From Ptychomitrium polyphyllum (Eukaryota), in contig OZ316776.1 in NCBI GenBank assembly GCA_973851085.1, forward strand, positions 4,030,001 to 4,094,000: DNA of 64,000 nt, written 5' to 3'. The notes under the pieces were generated by a model. It did not search any database and was not told where the DNA came from. It saw only the letters and a program-made list of their open reading frames with translations. Below are positions 1 to 17,540 of the stretch, in pieces. Positions within the stretch are counted from its first letter, which is position 1. Each line of letters starts with the position of its first letter. A program made the translations under genes and the position numbers.

Positions 1-1174
1 ATTTAGTTGTATTGAAGTATATTTAATATATCATACTAATATATATTTTATAGCCATGTAGATTTTAAAATAAAATTTAATGCAAAATCTATAAATAAGA
101 AAATTGGTCCAATTCATTCTTGTAGATTTTTTCACTTCCTTTCAAATGGCAATCATTTATTATTCATTGAATTTACATATTACAATGTCAAATTTTTTGC
201 AAAAACTACTCTAATGAATGTTAATAAATACTTTCAATTCCATATTAATATTATTGTTAGAAGTTGGAATATTGCATCACTAATAGGAATTTCAATTTGA
301 GCAACAATGACTATACTTATCTTTTTAATGAAATGTCTATAAAAAAACTTCTAATATCCTTATAATATTCATAAAAAATACCTTTTATAACCTTATTAAA
401 ATGTTACCATAATGTCACCAAATTTCAAAACAAATTACAAAAATTTATAAATTTGTGGTTGTTGGAAACCATTGTTATTTGGTGCTCAAAGTACAATTTT
501 GTCACTATCTAAGAATAGTTAGTTAAATGGTGCAATCATTTTTGCAAATACAATGCATTTCTCAACAAGCCAATAAATATTTAAATCTGCCTTATTAAGT
601 CCATCAAGGTCCATTTTAAACCAAACTAACAATTTTATTAATCAACCTTAAAGCTTGTGACTTGATATTTATTGCTTTAAATTATAAATATTTAGAAAGC
701 ACTTTCAATGACATAATGTTTGATCCTCAATCTTCAATCTTCAATCCTCAATCCTTGATTTTTTACACTTAACAGTTATTTTCACATAAAAATATAGTAA
801 TAGACCACTAACATATATCCATTGCATATAGGATTAAGAATATAATGAACAAACACCCTATTCACACGAGCTTCAGCTTCCTCTAGGCAACAAAATTCCT
901 GTTTTGTGCGAACCCGGGCGTCTATTTCCAAGGATTTCGTCTCCACAATAAACCCCTCCATTTACATCCCCCTGGACCCAAAATTAAAGCCCGGGCCCGC
1001 AATCCGAGCCCGGGTGCGCGAGGTGATGGGTTAGGGTTGGGAGATTGGAGGTGGAGTGTGGGCGCAACAACCGACCACGACGACGAGGAACTCCCTTTTG
1101 GTTTGCTGCTCTTCGTCACGCAGGGAAGCAGCTCTGGTCACCTTGCATCTAATTCTGTACTCCCTAGGGTCGAC

Positions 1175-2488
1175 ATGGAGGTCGATACTCCCGCTGCCAG
1201 TACCGCAGCTCCTGCTGCTGAGGCGCTCATCAAGACGGTACCCGAGACTCTGCTCAAGAAGCGCAAGCGCGATGAGCAGTGGGCTATCAACCGCAAGGAG
1301 CAGTTGGAGACTTCCAAGAAGAACAATTCGACGAATCGTACGCTCATCTTCAAGCGTGCTGAGCAGTACATCCGGGAGTACCGTGGTCAGGTGCGGTTCG
1401 GTGATTTTTTCGGGTTTGGAAAGGTTAGGGTTTGGCACTGGTGATGGGTTTAGGGTTCTGCATTTTGGGTTTACGGATTGTGGCTATGGTGAGCAGGAGG
1501 CTGATATGATCAGGTTTAAGAGGGAAGCCAAGCTGAAAGGTGGTTTCTATGTCGAACCTGAGGCTAAGCTTATGTTCATCATTCGTATTCGTGGGTGAGT
1601 AATGAATCAGTCCTTCGTAGTCCAAAATTGACATTTGAGGGTAGGATCTTTTTTTTCCGAGGAGAAGATAGTCGGATTTTCTATGTCTCAATTAAACGTT
1701 AGAGGTTAATTATAACTGTATGTGCTTCAATTCTTTGTTTGTAGAAAATTGATTCGTAAATCGTATCTGTTGGTAACTCTGGAAATTTGTTCCAAACCTA
1801 CTTTGTCTAAACCTCACTTTTCGTCAGGGTCGAGTTTCGTGTTACTCACACCTTTTCTTGTTGCCCAGTGTCAATGACATGCATCCCAAGACAAGGAAGA
1901 TCATGCAGTTGTTGAGACTTAAGCAAATTTTTAATGGTGTATTTATGAAGGCGAACAAGGCTACCCTGAACTTGTTGCGGAAGGTTGAACCATATGTTAC
2001 TTATGGGTAAGTTGACAGCTCTTCCTGCTTCTATTTCAATATGGATTAAAATTTGTAACGGTTTCACTGTCTGATATCATCATCAGATATTGATAGTTAT
2101 TAATTATGGCCGTTTCTATCCTAGAACAAAATTTCTGAAATGCGTCTTTTGGGTTTTCGGTGTTCACAGGAATCCTAACTTGAAGACTGTGAGGGAGTTG
2201 ATCTACAAGCGTGGTTATGGCAAGCTCAACAAGTCTCGAACTCCTTTGACCGATAACACTGTCATCGAGCAGGCTCTGGGGAAGTTCGGCATCATCTGCA
2301 TTGAGGACCTGATCCACGAGATTTACACCGTCGGCCCACACTTCAAGGAGGCCAACAACTTCTTGTGGCCTTTCAAGCTGAGCTGCCCTCTTGGTGGTCT
2401 CACGAAGAAGAGGACTCATTATGTTGAACATGGTGACGCGGGCAACCGAGAGGACATGTTGAACAACCTTGTCCGCCAGATGAATTAG
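1175..2488 (+). CDS. RPL7: 60S ribosomal protein L7 (uL30); 4 exons: 1175-1390, 1497-1594, 1869-2006, 2170-2488
   Basis: The spliced frame gives [10 protein letters not shown]...[52 protein letters not shown]...VEPYVTYG and [16 protein letters not shown]...CIEDLIHEI...[14 protein letters not shown]...GDAGNRE. All introns are GT-AG and in phase. Confidence 0.96.
1426..1433. promoter_or_regulatory. Telo-box (TAGGGTTT/AAACCCTA) in RPL7 intron 1; further copies at 36150-36157 (RH13 intron 1) and 37130-37137 (CSN6 leader)
   Basis: Exact motif matches near the 5' ends of these genes. Telo-boxes are typical of plant translation and ribosome-biogenesis genes. Function here is inferred. Confidence 0.5.
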
Positions 2489-4350
2489 AGCCTTAGTCCA
2501 TGACCTCTGTACTTGGAAGACATTATTACGTGTTAAAAACATTTGTTCAAATCATGAGTTTCGATTTGCTGTTGTGGTGTTGTGTTGAATTGCCATGGCA
2601 CTAGTCCGGATTATGAGTGGACTAGATATCTATATTCCCTTTTCTAGTATTGTGTTTTCATAGGCATATAAGGTCACGGTAGTTGGTGTATGGTGGCCTG
2701 CCGTTAAGTCTTGAAACATTTAGTTGAATTTATATTGAACCTGCATCTGAACAGTGTCAACAAATTATCTCTTGAAACTGGGCATTTCGCACAATGCAGA
2801 AAATGTCTCGCATGAACGACACCAGCCTGTATGTGCGTTCTTCATTGCAATCACGGTTACCGACGGTCACTCACGGTCACCCGCCCTCTTACTCGATCCA
2901 CCAGTCGCCACATCCTGTACGATTCGCCAGCAGGCGGACGTTTCATCAATACGCTTGAGATCTTCCTAGATTTTGTAGCTTGGAGCTATGTGATACCAGT
3001 GTGTGAATTCGGATGATACTTGGGGGTTCAAGACAATGGATACTAATTCCTATGGGTAAATAGTACTCCCCTTCTTTTAGTTGGCTTCAGATTGGGAGAG
3101 CCGCAGTACAGCTTGCATATGTCCTAATACCCTCCTCTGCCTTCATGCGAATGGCAGGGGCATCTTTTCACATCATTTTCTTTAGATGAAAAGCAATACT
3201 ACGTGTTCTTGATTGATAATAGATTTCTACCAGGTGAGTTTGTCTGGTACCCCTAAAGTTTGGGCTTTCTTTGCACTTTCTCACAAAACATTCTTGTCTT
3301 GTTTCAACCATGCACTTTCTTTCAACTTGAGTTGGTGTGGCAAATATTAAATGAACCATGATTTTTGATGTCCTTAGAGTCTTTGGCAACTTGAACGTGG
3401 TTAATTTCATTCTTTGAATAATTCATAAATCTAGTCTATTGGTTGTTTTCATTCATTTTTTCTTAGTGGAGTATTAATGATAAAACATTCAAAAGCACTA
3501 AAAATTTGTCACAACATTGTGCTTATGAAATTTAATGGATTATGAAAAAAAAAAAACAAGAATACTATACATTGCATTTAAAAGATTTAAATTTTTCATT
3601 GTTGAAGTGCAAATTTGATTATCAACATGATGTAATTTATGTTTTGAGCTTGACTAAGCAAATGTAATCACCAAGTGCAATCTCAATTCCATTTTGGAGT
3701 TTTAAGAGATTCCTATAATTGAGTGTAAGATGACACTTATAAGTTGAGGAATATTATCTTAATTTCCTACATTTTTCTCCATAATTTTAGGTTGATTTTT
3801 GAACATAATAAATAATTTTTTAATTTTATTGCATTTTTTAATGAAATTTTGACAACTCATGAGTATGTCTTATAAATCAAATTTTATATTAGTTTCTTTA
3901 TTATGTTTCAAAAACTCACATTAATTCCATAATTTTAAAGAACTAAAACTATGCAAATAATAAATGGACTCTAAATTTTTTTTATATAAACTTTTGGTAC
4001 ATATGAACTACAATAGCTAAATGGACCATCACAAATGATCAATTTTCATGGTTATATGCTCATCCCTCTAAGGATAAAGTTTTATCACTTAAGAAAAACA
4101 AGTTCATTAAAGATCACCAATGAATCCTTAAGAGGACAGCCTGGTTTACCCAAATAACAGAGCTAAGATTCTACTAACAACTAAAAACTTGAACTTAGAC
4201 CACAAGTTCCTCCGGCTCTGAGGCGCTTCACCCCGCTGCACTCCCATCATCACCTCCACAATAAAAGAATGCGCAAAAGTAATGGGAGAGAGTACGCAAG
4301 AATCATCGAACCAAAAATTATCCTTAAAAAATGACGTCCGCTGGTCTTTC

Positions 4351-4383
4351 TGGTCCCCACCGGTCCCCACCGGTCCCCACGTG
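4351..4383. repeat. 3 x 10-bp tandem repeat (YGGTCCCCAC) ending in a G-box CACGTG, upstream of SnRK1
   Basis: tggtccccac cggtccccac cggtccccac gtg. Confidence 0.8.
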
Positions 4384-4885
4384 TGACCTCTGGAAAATGA
4401 ACATTAAACAGCACTGAAAAGCACCCGAAAAAGCAAAAGGACGTGAGGAGGGAATCTTCAAAGCCAAGCGCTGAGTGCGACGGAAGGCTCCAAGCGCCAA
4501 TAGCGCCACGCTGAAGATTATACCCGGGAGCAATGAGCCCGGATCCGGGTATACACGGTGCGCGCACTATAGAGGTGGAGCACATGCGCCCGAGAACTCT
4601 TTCCTTCACCGCGACGGGCTCCGCGACGCACCCACCTCGCGACCCACCCACGTCCCATCGCTGCAGCGATTTCTGCGAGCGCAGCATTCTCCGCAACAGC
4701 AACGTACCAATCCTCTTGTGGCGGGTTTCCTCGTTTCAGTGCCGACGTGCTTACGAAACCGACCCCTAATGCTGTCGTGACGAGCTCTTCATCGGGAGTT
4801 CATTGGGTCTGGGGTTGCGGGGATTAGTGGAGGGAATGTTAGAGAGCTTGGGAGATCATCTGGTCATGGATTGGTTGCGGTTGGG

Positions 4886-4888
<3 letters not shown>

Positions 4889-4970
<82 letters not shown>
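4889..4970. repeat. (AG)41 microsatellite in the SnRK1 5' region
   Basis: 82 bp of perfect AG dinucleotide repeat. Confidence 0.97.
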
Positions 4971-4976
<6 letters not shown>

Positions 4977-5540
4977 GAGGAAGGAATTTGAGGAGTAGGG
5001 TTTGAGAGGGGGATCTTGTGGAGATGGAGAGTCGGGGGAGGAGGATCTGGGGTGTGTGAGGAAGAAGGGAGGCTGTGTGGGGTTGTAGAGTTTGAGGTCT
5101 GCGGGAGAGTTTGGGGGTGTTGGTGTTTGGAGCGTGATCTGGGGAGAGGAGGGCATCTGGGGTGGCGAGTTTTGGAGGGGATGGTGTGATGGTGTGGGAA
5201 TTGATCTGGAAAGGAGGGGTTGGAGGGCTTAGAGGGAGTGATTGCGTGTGGTTTGGGAACTTGGAGCGTAGGAGGTCGCATTTGATGCCTTTGGTGCGCT
5301 GGTGACCTGGGGTTGTGGATTGGCAGTGTGAATGAGTTTGGGGGTGCGCCTGTGGCGGATTCAGTGTCCAGGGGAAGATGAATTTGGGTGTGATGGGGAA
5401 GACGAATCTCGCATGGGTAAGATGACGATGCTGTGCGTAGCGGGTGGGTCGTGACCAGTAGAGAGCCTTCTATTCGGGGGTGGATAGGACCTGGAGAGTT
5501 CAGTGCCGGAAGGTGAGCGTGGAGACGAGTGGGAGTAGAG

Positions 5541-10313
<4,773 letters not shown>

Positions 10314-12382
10314 CACCCTGGAATCAGCGCTACTACGTGGCACGTTTTGATTGCTGACGGTTGGATGTGTAGAAGGCATTGAAGGCAAATTGAGTTTGGC
10401 ATTAATCATGAGCTGCCTGCTCGAAGGCAATTTAACTCATTCTACAGAACCCTTGTATTATGGAAGCGACCTAATATGGAACTCGTTTTATGTATAGTAA
10501 TTAGGGTTTGTAACACTCAAATAGGCCCTTAAGCGGGCAAAGGCAACTCCAGGCAATGGTTGATGTTTCTGAACTTTTGATTAACTCATCCAAATACGCC
10601 ACCGGGCTGGACTAAATCGAAGAAACTGATTTGTGAATCTTCATTAGGGAATCTGCCTGGCTTCTGATTCTCGGACCAGGTGATAATCTACTCAACGTGA
10701 CAAGTTTAAAGTACTGGTTCTTAGCAGTTGCTTTGTAGCCATTTGATCCAGCGGACAGCAGCGTACTTGAAAATTTGAATTTTTAAGCCTAGGCCTTGTT
10801 GACCAAAAGCTTCACTTCTTCAACAAATTCAGGATTTATTCAGTTTCACTGAGCGGGTGTTGTATAAGTCCTGCTATCCGCATGTTCACAGATACCTTTC
10901 TTGTCCTAAGTCACACTGCACATTTGCAGAGTTTTGTTAGGTGCGTATTTCTTGTTCTCTGCAATGTTGTCAAACTTAGTACCAGTTATCATTGGTGACT
11001 TGAGTAAATGATGCGTTAAGGTCATGACATATGATCAGTGTTGTAGACACATGGTCCCGGCTAGTTGTGGCTCGTCTTTTAGGTTGATTTAAATAAGTGC
11101 TTGAAGCTTTCCTTTATGTCAAAAGATTGGAGAATGAGATCAGATCCATAATCGCAGGCACCCTAGATCTGCGGTAATCGGAGGATTTCTATTCACTTAT
11201 TTCAAAATTCAAACCTATTCTATTGAACAAATTAAGCTGCACACAGAGCATCCACTTGAATCAATATGGGAAATCTATACCAACTCTTGTAACGCGATCT
11301 GCAACTTTAGTTGTGTACTTTGGTTGCTGCATTGAAACAAAGCTTTGTCCTTTTTCACCGCGCTTTAAAAAAACCGAAAGACTATGTAAAACCACTTTAA
11401 AAAACGATAAGTAGAAAAAGAGTAAAAGTGAGAAAGAGCAGGGAGAAAGTTAAAGAGAAACTATTATAGATTATTATCAACTCGCTCATCACCACTGCCT
11501 TGGCGTCGTCTGACATCATTGTGAGGAACTGGAAGCTGTAGGCTTGCTCGGGAACTTGCGCACTTCACCAACTCCTCTCAAGTTAGTAGCCGCACGCGCA
11601 AGTGGCAGGAAGCGCGCAAGCCAATGTCCAGAGTCGACGCTAAAATCGCCACTCACTACAAAGTCGCCCTTTTCCACACAATCCCCCAACTTAGGGATTT
11701 GTTCTCAAGGTCCTGCCTCCAACACCCAATGCTTTCTTTCTCTCTTTTTTTCTTTCTTTTCGTTTTGCGAGGGAACAGCTTGTTTAGGGGATGAAGTTCA
11801 AAAGAGTAGGCAGACGCTCATCACGATGCTCACTGGAGTCCGGACGTCGAGACGGTCACCAAGTACATTCATCGCAACTCAGTACGGCATGTCCGCTTAA
11901 CTTAGTGAGTTGCACCCACTGAGCCCTCGTTCTTCGCAAAACTTGCACTTGCACTCAGATTCTGATTCCATAGTCAAGGTGGTCATCAAATTGGGCAGCG
12001 AATCACTACTCCTAACTTAGGGCAGTGAGTACTCATGTTGTATCCCATTGCTGAGAGCCATGTGTAGAAACGTGCACATTGGACACAGGGAAGGAGGATA
12101 AGTTTCACAGACTTCGTCAAATTCTGGAGTTTGAAGGGAGTCGTCACGGTGTGAAGAATAGAATGTAAGTAAAAGTGGGAGTATGTGGCATGTATGTTCT
12201 ACTGGTCAGGGGTTCTGTTTGTACTGGATTTTGGGATTGATGTGGGGTTGATGTTGGCTTGATAGAGTTGGGGGTTGGTGATGGTGTTGCAGTTGATGCA
12301 AGGAGATAATTATCGTGGGTGGAGAGGCGGTGAAGAAGTTGGGGGTGGTGGCCGGAGAAGGGGCGATTGAGTGAGGGGGACA

Positions 12383-15311
12383 ATGGTGGGGAGGAGGGAG
12401 GACAGCAATGGCGCCTCGCTGCACGCGCCGTTGCTCGGGGAGCGCCTGGGTGAGGAGAAAGAGAGTCGTGGAGAGAACGGCTCCCATCACGGCGAGGTTG
12501 TTGTATCGGTCGGTGATGAGGACTATGGGGCGCAGCAGCAGGGTTATGAGCGATCAGATTCTGGGCGGAGCTTGCAGTCGTCAGGGGGGCAGGGTGAGCA
12601 ATCGGAAATGAATTACGACACGCCGGAGCTTGCAACGCAGAGCAGGAACACGTTTCAGCAAATTCACCAACTGAGTAAGCAGCGTTCGGGTGATTACCTG
12701 AGGCGAGGGGTTCGGGAGGAGCCGGCTAGTAGGTCCAAGCGCAGACGCCACGCCGTGCGCAACCCCATCCATAAGAAGTCGTTCGTGGCTAGGGCGGCCT
12801 ACAGCTTCAAGACCGATACATTGAACTTCTTGTACAATGTGTTGATTGGGCTCTATATGTGGCCCAAGTGGAGCTGGGATTCCATGAAAGCTAATAAGAG
12901 TCTCACGGTTTTATCTGCCAAACAAGGTGTGAGGTTTTCTTATCATAAGAGGACAGATCGTCTATTAGTACAGTTATGAGGTGCACAGTGGAAAGTGATG
13001 TGATCCTGTTTGAGCATGATTTGTTTTTGTGTGATTTTTGCTAACCCTAGAGAATGTTATTGTGTGGTTCTTACTTGGGTACTTCGTCTTTGGACTAAAT
13101 CGTAACTTTATGGAGATTTTCTTAATTGGGAGTTGTGACGGTTTGCAGGATTCTGTGCTGGTTTGGCTTCTGTACTATGTGTTATTCGTTTTCCATCACC
13201 TTACACTGAGTTCTCATCTATCGCTTTGTGGGCCGTAATCACCACCGACCTTTTGTATGAAGCAAATATTGGACTCTCTATCAGCAAAGGTTTCAATCGC
13301 GTGCTGGGAACTTTGGCGGCTGGATTTTTAGGTTTTGGACTCAATCAGATTGGACCGGAATTTGGTCCAGCATACCCTTACTTTGTGGTAGCTGTTGCAA
13401 CCTAATTTTTCTTCTGTGCTACGTTACATTCTTTATTTTGGATGGAAATGAGTGCATTTGTAAACAAGAGATGTAAAAAGAGACTAGATTGGGCAGTTTT
13501 AAAGTGGTCTTACGTTTATTGTTTTGTGCAGGTTTTTTGTGTAATGATGGGAGGTTATGTTTTTAGGTATTTGAAAGGAATACCACCCTTAAAGGACCAG
13601 TGGGGCTATGCCTTCACAGTAGCAACTATGGCATTCCATATTTTTATTATCAGTGCCTACATAGATCCAGAGAGATGGACATTGCCAATGCTTCGGTTCT
13701 CGATGATCTTGTTGGGGTTCTCCATTGCGTCGCTTGTCAACATCGCTATTCAGCCTATTTATGCTGGAGACGCGCTACACAAGCTTGTGGCAAAAAACTT
13801 TGACACAGCTGCCACTGTTTTTGAGAGGTAAAGATTTCACAAATTCAAATTTGCTAGTTTGATCGTTGTCTTTCCCCGTCTCTGTATTTCTGCTGTTTGT
13901 TTTGTTGGTAGTCGAGAATACACAAATCTCATGCCAATCACAATGTTTTACAAAGTGGCTAGATTTTATCTACAGATGCGTTGAAGAGTATAACAAGGAG
14001 ACGAAGCTTGATCATGTCCCGGATATCTTGAGTGGGCGGTCTGAGGATGACAGGATTCACCAAAGCTATCATGAAATCGTGATGTCAGATTCAGATATTG
14101 ACAAGCTGGTGAGTCTACCTTTAATTACATCAAAACCCACGTCATTGTCAAGTCAATGTGTAGTCTTCTTCAAGTGCGTAAGAGATTGATCCTACTGGTG
14201 GTATTATCTCAGTTAAGTGCAGTGCATTGGGAGCCTTCGCACGGGAAATTTTTCAAAAATTATCCTTGGGAGATGTATGACGACATTACAGACTACCTTC
14301 GTTACACCCTGTACGATGTCATAGCTCTTGATTTGTGCCTTCGAGCAAATATTCAAGCACCCAAGCAACTCCGAGATATTTTTGCTCCGGTTAGATCTCA
14401 CTCACGTTTCTCGTTCAATTTTCTGCCCTTTGGATCTACCTTATCCATTCTTATTTTTCCCCCTTTCATTGTTAGATTGGTGTGCTATGCTTAAATATTT
14501 CACTGATGAGTGAATCGTTTCACAGGAGATGGCGACAATTGCATCAGAATGTGCAACAGTGCTTCGCACTCTAGGGGACAGCATAAAGAACATGAAGAAG
14601 TTTTCGTCTGAAAACATCATGAAACGAGCTGAGGAGGCAGCGGTTGCGCTCCAATTTAAGATTTATTTAAACACGAATGTGCTCTTGGGGAACTCATCTG
14701 TTGAAGGGTTGCCTCCCTCAAGTCCATTTGCAAACAAAGACCAGGGCTCTGGAAACTGGGCAGAATCAACTTACATCCCAGAAGATTATTTCCGGAATGG
14801 CACCACAGAAGCAAGCAAGCTTTCAAGAGAACCAAGCCAGCCAATCAACATAGCCTCTTCTGATGAGAACCAAGAGAGCTCAGAACAGAAAGAATTTTCG
14901 TCATCGGTTGGGTCACCAGGATGGTCGCCGGGAGGCTCACCACAAGGAGGTATTTTGCGGGGAAAGTCTGGACAAGTGAAGAAATTGGCGGCTCCTTTGG
15001 AGACTCTGACGGAGGGAGTACCGTCCAATCACGTTGCCATACCCAAGCCAAGCGTGGACCAGCCTGCTCAGGAACAAGGGGAGAGGACCACTCCTAGGAC
15101 CAAGCGATCACTTGCTTGGCAACAGACATTTTCGCACCGGAAGTCCAGCTTAGGACCACACTGGGACGGCACGCTTGAGAGAATCTCGGCACTGTCTTTG
15201 GTCAAGTTTGCGTCGTTGTTAATAGAAGTCGTCACGAAGATGAGATATGTGGTAGATTGCGTTGATGAACTTGGTGAACATGCTAGATTTCAAGAGTGTG
15301 AGCAGAGCTGA
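12383..15311 (+). CDS. ALMT: Aluminium-activated malate transporter / anion channel; 6 exons: 12383-12926, 13149-13387, 13532-13827, 13976-14108, 14213-14389, 14526-15311
   Basis: ALWAVIT...GLSISKGFNRVLGTLAAG, the WEP motif (VHWEPSHG..F..YPW..Y) and the C-terminal ALSLVKFASLLIEVV...VDELG..ARF. Confidence 0.9.
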
Positions 15312-16059
15312 GAGCTGACATTCTCTAAATTATATAGACTCACTCTGTTCTTTTTTTCCTTGGATTTTTTCGACCCTTGTAAACATTTGTGCTTAGGTAG
15401 GTAGTTTTTCTTTTTCTACGTGAGCAATTGCCGGCGTCACTGAGACAGATGATACTTAGTCCGCCTTCCATGAACGATGCATTGAAGCTCGAGATTTGAG
15501 TTCATCCATATATACAGGCTCAGACAGCTGATACTTTAAATGAAATGGGATTCGTTTTTTTCTTTGGAGAGACAAACTGAGATAGGGTTTGGAAGCAGGC
15601 TTAATTGGCCATGTCCTTTTCCAACAGGGTGTTGGTTGTCGATGTATTTTCAGGTGCTTGTTGTGTGGGTACCTTTGTGGTCCTTTTTGTGTCAAATTAC
15701 ATCTGTTGGTGCAGAGTACATAGAAAGCACAAGTTCATATTCGTACCAAATCTGAATTAACCAAAAAAAAGCTTGTTTATACACGAACATAAAGACCAAA
15801 ACAACATTTATTATATGAAAAGGTTTCATAGCAATGTATATTATATGAAAATACATAAATTCAAAGTTCATGAAATCTTATGAAGGTAAACAATGTTGCT
15901 AAAGAAATAATTTTAGGTTTATCCAAAATAGAAATAATATTTGTGTGAATTCTTGAAATTTCTTATAACATAATTATAAGTTTGTAAATTCATTAACAAT
16001 TGGGTTTTATAACTTGAAAGTTGTGACTTGAAGTTCCATTTGTGGTTTTCTATGATTTT

Positions 16060-16795
16060 GAATAAAATGACAGATTAAGCTTAATTGTTGTTTTAATAAT
16101 GGACTATCATTTTAACAAACAAGCTTCTTTAGCTTCATTCTCACCTTATTCCTTATTATATGATAGGAATTTAATATTGCTATGTGGTAAGAACTAATGG
16201 CAATAAGAAATAAATGTTGATATCATTGCTTACATTCATGATTCAAAATTGTGGACAAGGATGTGTAAGCAACGGATAAACTTGTACAAGCAAGTGATGT
16301 TAATGACATTGGAGAATTAATCTATTGTACAATAAATAAATACTGTGTAAGGCTATCATTTGAAGTGGTGGTTAAAGGCCATAAGTATGACAATTTACTT
16401 TTTTCCAAGAAATTACACCTTCTTGCATAAAATTGCACCAAATACTTTGGATGTGACAATAGGACATATAATTCAAGAATGTTGTTATTATAGGAAATTG
16501 GAAACATCACATGCATAATTCTTCACTATCTCATTTATTACATATCAATGGTGGAACTATTATAAGATTGTCATACATTTTATTAAAGGTTGAAGCATGT
16601 GTTGTGTAGAAGTATTTTAAACTTATGTGATTTTATTTTATAGGATGGTACACGTGGCATGTTTGAGTCAACCATTGGATGAAATTCCATCTAATGAATG
16701 ATTATATTTTAATTATATAAAAGGTGGTGATCATTTACAACAAAAGTGATAGTTTTCATTTGAATTCTTCTTTATATCTTATGAGGGAGGTACTT
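16060..16795 (+). mobile_element. Highly decayed Ty3/gypsy integrase C-terminus with a PHD-finger remnant and polypurine tract
   Basis: Stop-riddled, AT-drifted frames read MDYHFNKQASLASFSPY (~16100-16150), TLDVTIGHII, WKHHMHNSSLSHLLHING and HVACLSQPLDEIPSNE (16651-16698), followed by GAGGGAGG at ~16783. The order matches the integrase-PHD-PPT layout I recall from moss gypsy elements. Confidence 0.55.
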
Positions 16796-16969
16796 AGGGA
16801 TTTGCTTATATAAAAGGGGCTTCAATTTAAGTGAAGTAGGTGAATAAAGGCTATATTTTTTGCCATCTTACTATACCTTGTGTATGGCTAAGTTAAGGAT
16901 GTTTAATTTTTTTTGGCATATTATATGCTTTGAATGTATGTATTAAGACATATGTCTGAAGGCACATGG

Positions 16970-17540
16970 TGTCACGGACATAAATCATGCTATATAATCT
17001 TTAGAACCTTCTAGAATCTTTTGGTATATTATAGTAGCTTCTTAGAATACTTTCAATGTTTCCATAACCATTTCCGCTTCCTTGGAAAACTTCTTAGGAG
17101 GGTTCAATAACTTCAAGAAACTTCCTAGGAAAGTTCTATCTCTTTAAAAAACTTCATAAGAAGGTTCCACCACTTTAGAAAACTTCCTAGGAAGATTCCA
17201 ATTCTTTAGAAGATTCTTATTGGGAAGATTCAAACTCTTTAAAAGCTTCTTAGGAAGGTTCCACCATTTTGGAAACATCTTGAAAAGGTTCTACAGACTT
17301 CTAGAACATTCTTAAACCTTGTAAGAAACTTCCTTAGAAGTATCATAAGAGGTACAAGCGTCATAGTATAAATAAGAGGCAAGACAAGGTATACCTTAGT
17401 TTTGCCAACACAAGTTGTGAATCATATTGTATTTTGCCTTGCTCTAATCTTTGTATGAATTCTTATTAATCATCAGTTTTTTAGAAGCTACTTTTTAGAA
17501 AACACTTCGTCTTTGCTTCTTGTTTCTTGTGTTCCTAACA
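16970..17540 (+). mobile_element. Solo LTR (571 bp), same family as the LTR at 56790-57311
   Basis: Begins TGTCACGGACA and ends CCTAACA. It is flanked by a perfect 5-bp target-site duplication CATGG (16965-16969 and 17541-17545). It has an internal TTCCTAGGAA-type array and TATAAATA at ~17367, and is colinear with the reverse complement of 56790-57311. Confidence 0.93.

Noticed and set aside
1..850. AT-rich stretches (also 3180-4140 and 42250-43390) as decayed DNA transposons
   Set aside because: Plausible, but I could not identify terminal repeats or a transposase motif by eye.
2860..3175. Short repeats and small hairpins downstream of RPL7 as a possible snoRNA/snRNA
   Set aside because: No convincing C/D, H/ACA or USE+TATA arrangement.
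4839..5281. Minus-strand ORFs with SLSLSL runs
   Set aside because: These are translations of the (AG)n microsatellite and G-rich leader.
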